Source: Actinomycetes bacterium (GTDB lineage Bacteria > Actinomycetota > Thermoleophilia > BMS3ABIN01). From it: a stretch of DNA of 64,000 nucleotides. Positions 37,512 through 46,338 of this stretch are shown here, piece by piece. The stretch lies in assembly GCA_021791195.1 (NCBI GenBank), contig JAJYXB010000013.1, positions 3,697 through 67,696 of the forward strand. Direction: 5' to 3'. Below the pieces are notes generated by a model, which searched no databases, was not told where the DNA came from, and saw only the letters and a list, made by a program, of their open reading frames with translations. How positions within the stretch are numbered: position 1 is the first letter of the stretch; each line of letters opens with the position of its first letter. Made by a program: the position numbers and the translations under genes.

Positions 37512-38585
37512 ATGAGCGATACGGTATCCGCAACCGACCTGACTGAGATCGGGCGGCAGCTCTTTGCCGGCGATCTCGTAAGGAGAAGTTACGACGTCCA
37601 CGGGATCGGTACCCGCCTGCTGACTGATTCAGCCGCGGTCGCGGCGGCGATTGACAGTTTTCTGTCTCCATTCGCATCCGGGAACAACGGCACAACCGGC
37701 GCCGGCATCGAAGTCTTCCTGTTTACCACGGATGAGCTAGATGAAAGGATGGCGGCGGTGCCACCAGGCGCGTCGCCGCTGTATGACTGGGGCCCGCTGA
37801 AGTTTTTTCATGCGGGGACGAGCCGTTTTCTGGAACTGGATACGCGAGCGCGCGCCCTGGCTGATGTCGAACATCGCCGCCTCGTGGGTTTTATCCGCCG
37901 GGATGCCCTCGACTCCGGCTGGCTGGTCTCGCATCAGATCTTCTACCCCCTTTGGGGGCAGCTGATGAAAGAGTGCGGGCTTTACCCGTTTCACGCCGCG
38001 GGGTTGACCAGGAACAATACCGGCCTGCTGCTGGCCGGCCGCAGCGGCAGCGGCAAGTCGACGCTGACGCTGCAACTGGTAAGGCGCGGCTACGGCTGTC
38101 TGGGCGATGACACTGTCTTCCTGCGGCAGACCGGCAGCCGGGTGGAAGCGCTGGCGTTTCCGGAAGAGATCAACGTGACCGAAGAGACGCGCCGGCTGTT
38201 GCCCGAGCTTGCGAAAGTGGAGAAGTTCACGGTAGATCCGCTGCGGGATAAAGCTTCGTTCGAGCTGGAGTCGCTGTTCCCGGCCAGCAGCGTCAGCCGC
38301 ACCGAGCCGGAGCTGCTTGTCTTTCCGGAGATCAGCGGCAAGGATGCCTCGACGCTGATGCCAGTGACCAGGACAGAAGCCCTGGCGCTGTGCATGCGAT
38401 TCGGCTTTTTTTTCGTAGACCCGTCGACGGCAGGGCGGCACTTTGAGATACTTTCGGTACTGGTCAGACAGGCCGCGTGCCACCGGCTCGAGGCTGGCCT
38501 CGACCAGCAGGAACTGGAGCGGACCGTGGAGTCCCTGGTTTCCACGGCCGGCGGCAACCGGTCACTAGACGAGGGTATGGCATGA
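37512..38585 (+). CDS. HPr kinase-related P-loop kinase (type found with lasso/PqqD loci)
   Basis: FHAAG...GLLLAGRSGSGKSTL (Walker A) and GYGCLGDD. ATG 37512 preferred; track start is 37425. Confidence 0.82.
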   Translation: MSDTVSATDLTEIGRQLFAGDLVRRSYDVHGIGTRLLTDSAAVAAAIDSFLSPFASGNNGTTGAGIEVFLFTTDELDERMAAVPPGASPLYDWGPLKFFHAGTSRFLELDTRARALADVEHRRLVGFIRRDALDSGWLVSHQIFYPLWGQLMKECGLYPFHAAGLTRNNTGLLLAGRSGSGKSTLTLQLVRRGYGCLGDDTVFLRQTGSRVEALAFPEEINVTEETRRLLPELAKVEKFTVDPLRDKASFELESLFPASSVSRTEPELLVFPEISGKDASTLMPVTRTEALALCMRFGFFFVDPSTAGRHFEILSVLVRQAACHRLEAGLDQQELERTVESLVSTAGGNRSLDEGMA

Positions 38586-38884
38586 TGCAAAAAAACAGTT
38601 TTTTGATCAAGGACAGCGACGTGCTGTTCACGTCCATGGGGGAAGACGCAGTCCTGCTGCACATCCAGCGGGGCGATTACTACAGCCTCAACCACGTAGG
38701 GGCACGCCTATGGGTCCTCGCCGACGGCAGCAAGAGCATAGCCGATCTTGCCGGCCTGATCACCGAAGAATTCGACATCACCCGGGAACAGGCGGAAGCC
38801 GATATCCTGGAACTTGCCGAGCAACTGCAAAAAGAGGGCCTGGTGACCGTAAGTGAAGCTCCTCAGGACTCTCAACCGGCTTAA
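38582..38884 (+). CDS. PqqD family protein / RiPP recognition element (lasso B1-like)
   Basis: 100 aa: GEDAVLL....GDYYSLNHVGARLW, L..EFD....AEAD....EQL..EGLV; ATG overlaps the kinase stop (ATGA). Confidence 0.92.
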   Translation: MMQKNSFLIKDSDVLFTSMGEDAVLLHIQRGDYYSLNHVGARLWVLADGSKSIADLAGLITEEFDITREQAEADILELAEQLQKEGLVTVSEAPQDSQPA

Positions 38885-39323
38885 AGATCCCCGCGATCTC
38901 TGGCTCTTCCTGCAAATCCTGACGACTCTGGTTATGCTGCCGCGGAGGATCCGGCGGCTGAGCCTTTTGGATCTGCTTAACCGGATGGACCCCGGTGTCG
39001 GGACCGGGCATCAAGACAGGTCGAAACTTGAGAAAACGGTAGGATTCGTGGATTCACTGCTGAAGTACCGCGTCTTCCGGCGTTACGGCAAATGTCTGCT
39101 ACGCTCGCTGCTGCTTTTCCGCTTCCTGCGCCGGCAGGGCTGGCCGGTCGAGATCCATTTCGGCGTCCGCCGGACCGCCGCGGAACCACCCGCCGACATC
39201 GACCCCATCCCCAACAGCCTCGGCATCACCGGCCATAGCTGGCTGGTGCTGAATGGGGAGCCGTTTCTTGAAGCAGAAAGTCACCAAAAAAACTTCGCCA
39301 CCACTTTTTTTTATCCTCAATGA
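38853..39323 (+). CDS. Lasso peptide B2-like transglutaminase-fold cysteine protease
   Basis: KCLLRSL...FLRRQG...IHFGV...GHSWL..G, the CLxRS / GV / HxW pattern of B2 proteins; directly after PqqD. Confidence 0.88.
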   Translation: MKLLRTLNRLKDPRDLWLFLQILTTLVMLPRRIRRLSLLDLLNRMDPGVGTGHQDRSKLEKTVGFVDSLLKYRVFRRYGKCLLRSLLLFRFLRRQGWPVEIHFGVRRTAAEPPADIDPIPNSLGITGHSWLVLNGEPFLEAESHQKNFATTFFYPQ

Positions 39324-41209
39324 AATTTTTCACCTTCAGCTCGCTTCGCAGGTTTTCCTATGCAATTCCTCCAGCCGCCGGTTTTTTCGCTGGCGCTGTA
39401 TTTGGTTCAGCTTTTACTGAGCCAAAACCTCATCTTAGCCCCGCGTTCATGCTTGTATCAGGATTTGTGGGCGCAGCTCTGCTGACTGCCCTTTGGCTGA
39501 CAGTTTCATTTCTCGTTGCCATCAAAAACGGTAAAGGTAAACTTGCTCGCCGATTAAGCGTTTGGTTTGGGGTTGGTATGTTGCCACTCATCTCCTTTTC
39601 CCCTTACCTAATCCATCGGTCGGGATTAAATGAGATATCTGAGGAATTGCCGCCGCTGGGCGCCCGCTACGCGGCTACCGCTTTGATGCTGTTATCACTT
39701 CTACTGATTTTTGTGCTGCTACGCCTCGTTCTGACCAGAGGAAAAAACAGCAAGATCTATCTGTTTCTAACTTCGCATCCTGTTTTAACACTTACGTTTA
39801 TGGCAATTGCATGGCTGGCTGTTTTTCTCCCCATGGATGTTCTCAAGAATCAATACATGCAAGTCACCACGGTCAACAGCGCGGCTTTTCACGACGGGAT
39901 GACCCATGTTTTTGACAGCCGTGGCTTCATGTATAGTTCATTGATTTACGGCAGCGGCGCCTCACTGTTCGCGGTCCACATCAACGCCGTTTTATTGCTG
40001 ATATTGCCATTATTCCGCCTTTGGCCAGACCCCCGATCGTTGCTATTTATTTCAGATGTGGCGCTTGCTGCGAGCGTGTTCCCTCTTTACCTTATCGCTC
40101 GCATGCATTTCACAAAAGGCCTGAGCCTGTTACTTGCCTTGATGCTGATATTACATCCCACGCTGACCGCGCAACCAGGCCGATCTGACTTTTCCGAACT
40201 CAGGTTCATGCCAGTCTTGTTCTTAACCGCCGTTTACTTATTTGAGAAGAAGCGATTCTGGTGGTTTATGGGTATTTGCGCGCTAATGATGACTATACGC
40301 GAAGACATGGGAATTTTCGTCGCCTTCTTCGGGATTTATGCTTTGATACGCCATTATCCACGAAGGTGGGTCCTGTCGTCCCTGGGTGCTGGACTCGCCG
40401 CATTTTTGTTTTTGGGAGCAGCCCTGCTCCCCCATCTTAGCCCAGGTGATAGCGCAATTCGCGTATCTGTCCGTTATTCCCACCTGGGCTCCAGTGGCAG
40501 CGATATCGTCAAAACAATCTTTTTCAGGCCCTGGAAGGTATTTCAGGCGGCTTTTGCAGGGCCTTCACACATTGGTGTAGCTTATGGCATTTTTCTCACA
40601 TTCGGGCTGGGCATTGCCTTCTTGTCAGGCGCGATAATACTTGCCATTCCTGCAGTTGCCGAACTAATGCTTCAAAATACAACTAATTTCGCAAACTTTA
40701 TGGCTCTACCGACTGTGCCAATCATGATGGTAGCCTTCATCTTTGGCCTCGACCGGTTTGATCGAATTGTCACGCGGCGTTGGAAAATTGACGCTGGCCG
40801 GGTTGCATTGATCACAGCAACCGTCATGTTCTTTTTAAGCATCTCTGCTTTCCATACCTGGTTCAATCCTGACATGTACCGGCCACGATACAATTACGAT
40901 GCCGCTATCAAGGCTTTTAATATGGTCCCTGACAACGCAAAATTGATGATGCCGGAATATATGCTCGCCGATGGCAAACCCAACCAGACATTAAGAGGTT
41001 TCCACCAGATCGTTTATCAAAATGAACTGAAAGGCAAATTTAATCTAACCGAAGATTACGTTATTATCGATCGACGTATTCCAAATCGAGATGCGAGAAA
41101 CCAATACTACCGAGGTCTGGCTGAAGTAACAAATTTATTAAATAACTCGAGTAACTTCACATGTGTATTTTCTCAAAACGATATCGAGCTATGGATTAGA
41201 AACCGGTAG
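39320..41209 (+). CDS. Multi-pass membrane protein, DUF2079-like (putative GT-C glycosyltransferase)
   Basis: Many TM segments; FAVH, P...LWPDPRSLL, DF.E and IREDMG motifs; ATGA overlap with the B2 gene. Confidence 0.65.
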   Translation: MKFFTFSSLRRFSYAIPPAAGFFAGAVFGSAFTEPKPHLSPAFMLVSGFVGAALLTALWLTVSFLVAIKNGKGKLARRLSVWFGVGMLPLISFSPYLIHRSGLNEISEELPPLGARYAATALMLLSLLLIFVLLRLVLTRGKNSKIYLFLTSHPVLTLTFMAIAWLAVFLPMDVLKNQYMQVTTVNSAAFHDGMTHVFDSRGFMYSSLIYGSGASLFAVHINAVLLLILPLFRLWPDPRSLLFISDVALAASVFPLYLIARMHFTKGLSLLLALMLILHPTLTAQPGRSDFSELRFMPVLFLTAVYLFEKKRFWWFMGICALMMTIREDMGIFVAFFGIYALIRHYPRRWVLSSLGAGLAAFLFLGAALLPHLSPGDSAIRVSVRYSHLGSSGSDIVKTIFFRPWKVFQAAFAGPSHIGVAYGIFLTFGLGIAFLSGAIILAIPAVAELMLQNTTNFANFMALPTVPIMMVAFIFGLDRFDRIVTRRWKIDAGRVALITATVMFFLSISAFHTWFNPDMYRPRYNYDAAIKAFNMVPDNAKLMMPEYMLADGKPNQTLRGFHQIVYQNELKGKFNLTEDYVIIDRRIPNRDARNQYYRGLAEVTNLLNNSSNFTCVFSQNDIELWIRNR

Positions 41210-41401
41210 TATTTGCAAAAGAACCTCTGAATAACGTATCAATCAAACCGGATTGACGACGCGATGAACCAAATATCTTTTGCTGTATTAGCCGAAAATA
41301 TTGGGCAATTCGCCCAGCAGAAAGGTCAAAGCAGAAGCTGAATATGTCGGTATAATTGGGACTTATAACCGGGTGCCCAAGTCAGCTCTGGTCGTCTGCC
41401 G

Positions 41402-43228
41402 TTAATTATTCGGATAGTGGACGGAATTTCCGTCTGAAGTTAAGCCCTGGCCCGAGAAACTTGTGCTGAAATTACTGATACCGTTCGGTACCTTCCACTG
41501 AACCGTGAAAGCCGCATTGCCGCCTTCGGCTACGCTGCCGACCTGCAATGGCATTTTTGTGACGCCGTAGGCACCGCCGGAACCCCGCACGCCGGTGATG
41601 GTCAGGGCATTGACACTACCTGGTCCGTGGTTATCAACGCGGAGATCAACGGTAATAATCCTGCTCTGATAGTCGCTAAAATTTGCCCAATAAGTTTTTG
41701 TTTGGGACAAACTTAGACTGGGGGCCGCGGTGACTGTCGACTTGTACTGGTCGGAAAGCGTTTTTGTAATATCAAGATATGTGCTGCCGTAATTCACGCT
41801 ATCCTCGATATGAGTATTTTCGTTGTACTCATTCCAGCTTGTGATCATGACCCAGTCTGGCTGGTTGTCAAGAACCGTTTGCCACATCTGCCGGTATGTA
41901 TCGCCACCATTGCGTGGAACTACTACGCCCGGTGAATTTAGCCGCGTTGTATCCTCACCCGGAACGACCGTTCCCATCCAAAGTTTGCGCTGAGCGGTGG
42001 GGTCGGTCATTAACGAATATGTTTTAGTTGCAACTGAATTGGTTGACATAAACCAGGGAATGTTTGTAAAAACCGACGGATTATAGGTATCCAATCCATC
42101 AAAAGCCGTCAAATACCTGGGGTCGACGCTGTCAGCCATATAGAAAGCGTCTATTCCCTTCGCGTGCAGATCATCGAATATCTGCTTCCACTGATCCGGA
42201 CTCAAGCCTCCATTGATGTTGGGATCGCGGCTTGTATTACCAGCCCAGTAAATAAATACCACCGGAACCTGCCTGACTGTGCCGTCAGGCATTTTCTTAG
42301 CCATTTTTAAATAGCTTGGGGCAGTTCCAAAGTTCTGAACGATGTACGTAATCCATTGTTCAAGATATGCTGGATCTGGCTTGCAGCTGGAGTCAGGCAG
42401 ACACGACCAGCTATGCTTTGCGTTTGCCACCCTTGTTTCCAGGTAAACTGCCACTTTGAAATCGTGGCGCTGATTGGCGACATCCAGAAGCGTTCTGAAC
42501 CGTGTGTCCGAATAGGTGCTCCCTGTACCCTGCCACGACGCGAGAAAGCCGTCGATGCCATGTGAGGTTGCTTCATTCACAATCCCATTTACGTCACTGA
42601 ATGATGCTGAATCGTAGGGCGTAACCGGCTTATCAATATGTATTGCATTCGGGTCTGTTGGCCAGGTGGTCCAGCTGTCAAGCTGGTACCAGGGATAGTA
42701 CACAGCAAACACATGTTTTGGCCCCATGCTGCCTATATTCAGTGGCCCATTTTGAGATTCGGCATTGCCGCCAATTGAAATCTGTGCCTGGTTTCCATCC
42801 GGAGCGGTATCATCCCCGCTCGCCAGCAAAACTGGGTTGCTCAGATTATTGACATTATAAATGTCCACATGAGTTGTTTCCCCCCATCCTTTGTCAATCT
42901 TCCACGTCCCGACCGTGGCAGTACCTGGGGTCACCAGTAGATCATATTGCACGCTGGCTCTGCTGCCAGCAACATTTTTACCAATAAAGACGCTGGTTGA
43001 GTCGGTCAGGGTATTTTGGGCATTGCCGGTCGTTAGAGAGCCTTTTGATGTGACAATTGTCTCACCCGCAGGCACCGTCAAACGACTCCAGTCAGATGTG
43101 GTCGTCATGACCACGCGTATTCGGTTCACCTGCTGCCCGGAATCATTCGCCGCGGCAAAAGCGCTGGTAACTCCACTGAAAACCAGCATGAAAGAGGCCA
43201 GGAAAAATATGACCAGCGTCCTTTTCAA
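41402..43228 (-). CDS. Secreted glycoside hydrolase, GH99/GH71-like, with accessory N- and C-terminal domains
   Basis: Signal peptide MKRTLVIFFLASF...AFA; HVFAVYYPWY, HGIDGF..SW and ITSWNEYNE.THIE (ExxE catalytic motif). TTG start at 43228 after GGAGGAG. Confidence 0.85.
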   Translation of the reverse strand: MKRTLVIFFLASFMLVFSGVTSAFAAANDSGQQVNRIRVVMTTTSDWSRLTVPAGETIVTSKGSLTTGNAQNTLTDSTSVFIGKNVAGSRASVQYDLLVTPGTATVGTWKIDKGWGETTHVDIYNVNNLSNPVLLASGDDTAPDGNQAQISIGGNAESQNGPLNIGSMGPKHVFAVYYPWYQLDSWTTWPTDPNAIHIDKPVTPYDSASFSDVNGIVNEATSHGIDGFLASWQGTGSTYSDTRFRTLLDVANQRHDFKVAVYLETRVANAKHSWSCLPDSSCKPDPAYLEQWITYIVQNFGTAPSYLKMAKKMPDGTVRQVPVVFIYWAGNTSRDPNINGGLSPDQWKQIFDDLHAKGIDAFYMADSVDPRYLTAFDGLDTYNPSVFTNIPWFMSTNSVATKTYSLMTDPTAQRKLWMGTVVPGEDTTRLNSPGVVVPRNGGDTYRQMWQTVLDNQPDWVMITSWNEYNENTHIEDSVNYGSTYLDITKTLSDQYKSTVTAAPSLSLSQTKTYWANFSDYQSRIITVDLRVDNHGPGSVNALTITGVRGSGGAYGVTKMPLQVGSVAEGGNAAFTVQWKVPNGISNFSTSFSGQGLTSDGNSVHYPNN

Positions 43229-43285
43229 CGCCACTCCTCCAAGTGTTTAATTATGCCGAAAAGGAAAACGCTTGGATAAAGCAGC

Positions 43286-43367
43286 CTCCTCCGGCAACCC
43301 GGCTAACTGCCTGGCGGCAGTCCCGTGGCTTTGCGCCCCCGCCTCGCGGCGGGTTTGCCCTGGAGCC
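43286..43367 (-). ncRNA. Cyclic di-GMP-I (GEMM) riboswitch
   Basis: Minus strand CUCC-AGGGCAAA-CCCGCC-GCGA-GGCGGG-GGCGCAAAGCC-ACGGGA-CUGCC-GCCA-GGCAG-UUAGCCGGGUUGCC-GGAG: GGCAAA and CGCAAAGC cores, GNRA-capped P2, P3 and a closing CUCC/GGAG P1. Confidence 0.9.
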
Positions 43368-43415
43368 TCTCCCTACAAATTGATTCGGCAGGCAAAAGGA
43401 AAGCTAAAGGTGGGG

Positions 43416-44561
43416 TTACTTCAAAGTGTCCAGATAGCTGTCAAACTTCTCAACGAAGCGGTCCCAATCATACTGCTGCACTTCTCGCGCGGCCGCTTCG
43501 CCCATTTTTCGTGTCAGGTCGGGATCACCAGCCAGCTTCGCCATAGCTTCGGCAAAAGCACCAGCCTCCGGTTCCACCAGAAAACCAGTGATCCCGTCCT
43601 TAACGCTTTCAGCGGGCCCGCCACGATTGACTGAAATCACTGGCTTCCCGAATCCCATCGCTTCGAGCGGAACCATGCCCCAATCCTCATTCAGGCTGGG
43701 AAAGAGCAGGCAGTAGCTGGAGGCATATATCTGTCGCAATTCCTCGTCGGACGGATTTCGCAGGAATATGACATCATTACCGGTTCCCGCACGGCTAACA
43801 AGACTTTGAAAATATTCCTCACTGCGTGGTTCGACAAGGCCCGCGATCCGAAGTTGAAAGTCGGCAAACTGTGGGCATTTTCGTTTGAATTCATGGAACG
43901 AATCGATTGCCAGCTCCACATTTTTGAACCATTTAATGCGCCCGGCGACCACGAAATATTTTTGATAATCCCATCTGGGCTTCATCAATGACGTGTCGAG
44001 GCCCGGATGCAATACTTTCACCTTCTCTGGCGGAGCAAGGCGAGCATTAATGATCCTTTTTCGCACCTCTTCGCTGTTGGCAAACGTGTAATAATAGTTC
44101 TTCCACGCCCGGGCATCCAAAAATCTGAATACGGCGGAAAAAAACAAGAAAGCGGGAGTCAGGTTCCTGTGATTTTCCAGATATCTCTTACGGGTGAACG
44201 GATCGTGAATGACTTTCATTGGCGTGTGACAATAACAAATTACCGGAACACTGTGGTTACGGAAAGTAATAAAATCTCCAAGCCCTTCTGAACTTACAAC
44301 CAAAGCCTGAAAACCGGCGAGATCGATTTTCTGTGTCAGAATTTTCAAGGCGGCACTGCTAACGGCAGAATATTTGCGACTGACCGGCACCCGGGAGAGT
44401 TCGACTATTTTCAGTTGTCTAAATTCAGGGTAAGTCTGTTCGGCGAAATAATGACTGGTAAAAATTGTCCAGTCATGCCGGCTGCGGCACGCCAGTTCGA
44501 GAATCGTCCGCTCCGCGCCTGACGTCAGATAAATCCATGGATAATATAGGGCGATCTTCAC
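43416..44561 (-). CDS. Glycosyltransferase family 4
   Basis: GAER, YCHTP, GRI...KN, EDWGMVPLEAM..GKPVI and GGP.E.V.DG.TG. Confidence 0.93.
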   Translation of the reverse strand: MKIALYYPWIYLTSGAERTILELACRSRHDWTIFTSHYFAEQTYPEFRQLKIVELSRVPVSRKYSAVSSAALKILTQKIDLAGFQALVVSSEGLGDFITFRNHSVPVICYCHTPMKVIHDPFTRKRYLENHRNLTPAFLFFSAVFRFLDARAWKNYYYTFANSEEVRKRIINARLAPPEKVKVLHPGLDTSLMKPRWDYQKYFVVAGRIKWFKNVELAIDSFHEFKRKCPQFADFQLRIAGLVEPRSEEYFQSLVSRAGTGNDVIFLRNPSDEELRQIYASSYCLLFPSLNEDWGMVPLEAMGFGKPVISVNRGGPAESVKDGITGFLVEPEAGAFAEAMAKLAGDPDLTRKMGEAAAREVQQYDWDRFVEKFDSYLDTLK

Positions 44562-45481
44562 ATTCTGGTCCCTGTCCGCCCACCGCGGGAAAACAGGCGC
44601 CTGACCTTATCCCAACCGGAACCGTGTCCGCGCGCTGCGTCAAGCATCCAGCCGACGGACTGAACTGCGTATCCAAGCAATAGAACGGCCTGAAAGACAA
44701 CAGTTGCCGGGCGGTTGTGATACTTTGAATAAAATGCGATCATGCCCTGCCTGACGGCGCCGACGGCCTTTCCTTTTTGTTTGCGCATGCTCCTGCCGGC
44801 ATAATGTTTGGCAACTGCGGCCGGCACGTAATACACCTTCCAGCCCGCCCGCTTCATCCGATAACACCAATCCACATCCTCGCAATACATGAAAACATCT
44901 GCGTCAAGAAGACCGACATCCGCCACCGCTTCTTTTCGTGCCATAAGAGCGCAGCCGCTGACCCATTCCACCAGCCGCACTTCCATATCATCCCTGTGCT
45001 CATAAAAACCCAGTGTCTTATCACCAACTTGCTGGCAAGCAGCTGGCAGGAAGAAATGAGCCAGCGCCGTTCTGATTGACTGATACCGTCCCTTGGAGCG
45101 CACCTGTAATGTTCCGTCTTCATTGATGACGCGCGGTCCGCAAATGCCCGCATCAGGATGGGCATCCATGAAATCAACCAGTCTCGGCAGCGAATGCTCG
45201 TAAAGGAGGGCGTCGTTGTTTAGTAGGAAATAATAACGGCCGCCGGCAAGCTCGATGGCCTGATTGTTTGCCCGTGAGAAACCAACGTTTTCGGTATTGC
45301 GGATCAGCATCGCTTCCGGGAATTCCGTAGCAACCATTTCGGCGCTTTCATCGGAAGAAGCATTGTCGACGACAATGGTTTCAACGCTTAGACCGCCTTT
45401 ACAATCCTGGATGCTTTTCAGACATCCATGCAGATACTCCCGAAGATTCCAGTTGACTACAATGACAGATACGTCGTACAA
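44558..45481 (-). CDS. Glycosyltransferase family 2 (WbbL-like)
   Basis: VIVVNWN, VVDNASSD, N.GF..ANN, LLNND and FMYCEDVDWC. Confidence 0.93.
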   Translation of the reverse strand: MYDVSVIVVNWNLREYLHGCLKSIQDCKGGLSVETIVVDNASSDESAEMVATEFPEAMLIRNTENVGFSRANNQAIELAGGRYYFLLNNDALLYEHSLPRLVDFMDAHPDAGICGPRVINEDGTLQVRSKGRYQSIRTALAHFFLPAACQQVGDKTLGFYEHRDDMEVRLVEWVSGCALMARKEAVADVGLLDADVFMYCEDVDWCYRMKRAGWKVYYVPAAVAKHYAGRSMRKQKGKAVGAVRQGMIAFYSKYHNRPATVVFQAVLLLGYAVQSVGWMLDAARGHGSGWDKVRRLFSRGGRTGTRM

Positions 45482-45510
45482 ACTATTTCCTTATTCCTAT
45501 TTCTTGACAT

Positions 45511-46182
45511 CTACAGGTGTAATCTATTATTTGACATTGGCTTTGAATAAACCATAAAGGACTTTGTTAAGCCTAAGAACTTCTCATTAACAATTATTGC
45601 CTCAGAAAAGAGCTCTCTCAACTCTTTGCCCGTTAGAAGCCTCACTGACTCCACAAGCTCCACAGCCGTTTGCAATTCCGGATTGTGCAATTTATAGCGC
45701 CTGCCAATATAATCAAATTTCAGAAGAGCAGTTTGTAATTTGTGTGGTAAATAATGAAACAGCGGCAGACGAAAATGAGTTTCAAACGGAAAGTAATAAT
45801 TCGGTGTTTGTAGAAAATATCCGCTACCAACCCTTTTGATTTCTTGAGCCATTCTACGTTGCTGCTTGAAATCGCCTACGTGCTCGATTACCGAATTAGA
45901 AAAGACAACGTCAAATTCGTTATCTTGGAATTCAGCCATGTCGCAAGCATCCCCGACATGGCTGGTGAACCGTGGATGAATCGTTTCAGTATCGGTTAAA
46001 TTAAGAAGCACGATCTCGAGGCGGTCTAGCTCCTCGGAATCGATAGCCTCCCAAAAAAAGCGAGTGCCCCCCACATCAAGCACCCGCAGAAATTTCCCTG
46101 TTTGTAAGAAGAGGGAAATAAATAGATTGAATCTTCTTTTTCTAAAGTCTGTTGATTTAAGCCGAATTCTTTTCACGTACAC
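45511..46182 (-). CDS. Class I SAM-dependent methyltransferase
   Basis: VLDVGG, GDAC, FDVVFSNSVIEHV and QTPN..FP.E.H. Confidence 0.85.
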   Translation of the reverse strand: MYVKRIRLKSTDFRKRRFNLFISLFLQTGKFLRVLDVGGTRFFWEAIDSEELDRLEIVLLNLTDTETIHPRFTSHVGDACDMAEFQDNEFDVVFSNSVIEHVGDFKQQRRMAQEIKRVGSGYFLQTPNYYFPFETHFRLPLFHYLPHKLQTALLKFDYIGRRYKLHNPELQTAVELVESVRLLTGKELRELFSEAIIVNEKFLGLTKSFMVYSKPMSNNRLHL

Positions 46183-46338
46183 ATGCCTTATCTCATTTAA
46201 GAGGATGATATCAAAATCTTGAAATTTTGGTTTTTCCCGCTCCTGAGCATGGATGGATGAATAAACTACTTGCCAGTAGAGAGTTACTCTTCACAGTGCT
46301 ATCATGCTTGAAGGACTAACCTTCCGTGGAGCCCCATT

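Noticed and set aside
41264-41341. 25-aa ORF MNQISFAVLAENIGQFAQQKGQSRS after the kinase-PqqD-B2-GT operon as a RiPP precursor
   Set aside because: It ends in Ser but has no SD, no YxxPxL leader and no Thr before a core; it sits between convergent genes and is probably chance.
43383-43408. Sigma28-like promoter (TTTA-N15-GCCGAATC) upstream of the riboswitch, and GCCGATGT before the zinc-ribbon gene
   Set aside because: The -35 matches are poor; not supportable without a scan or TSS data.
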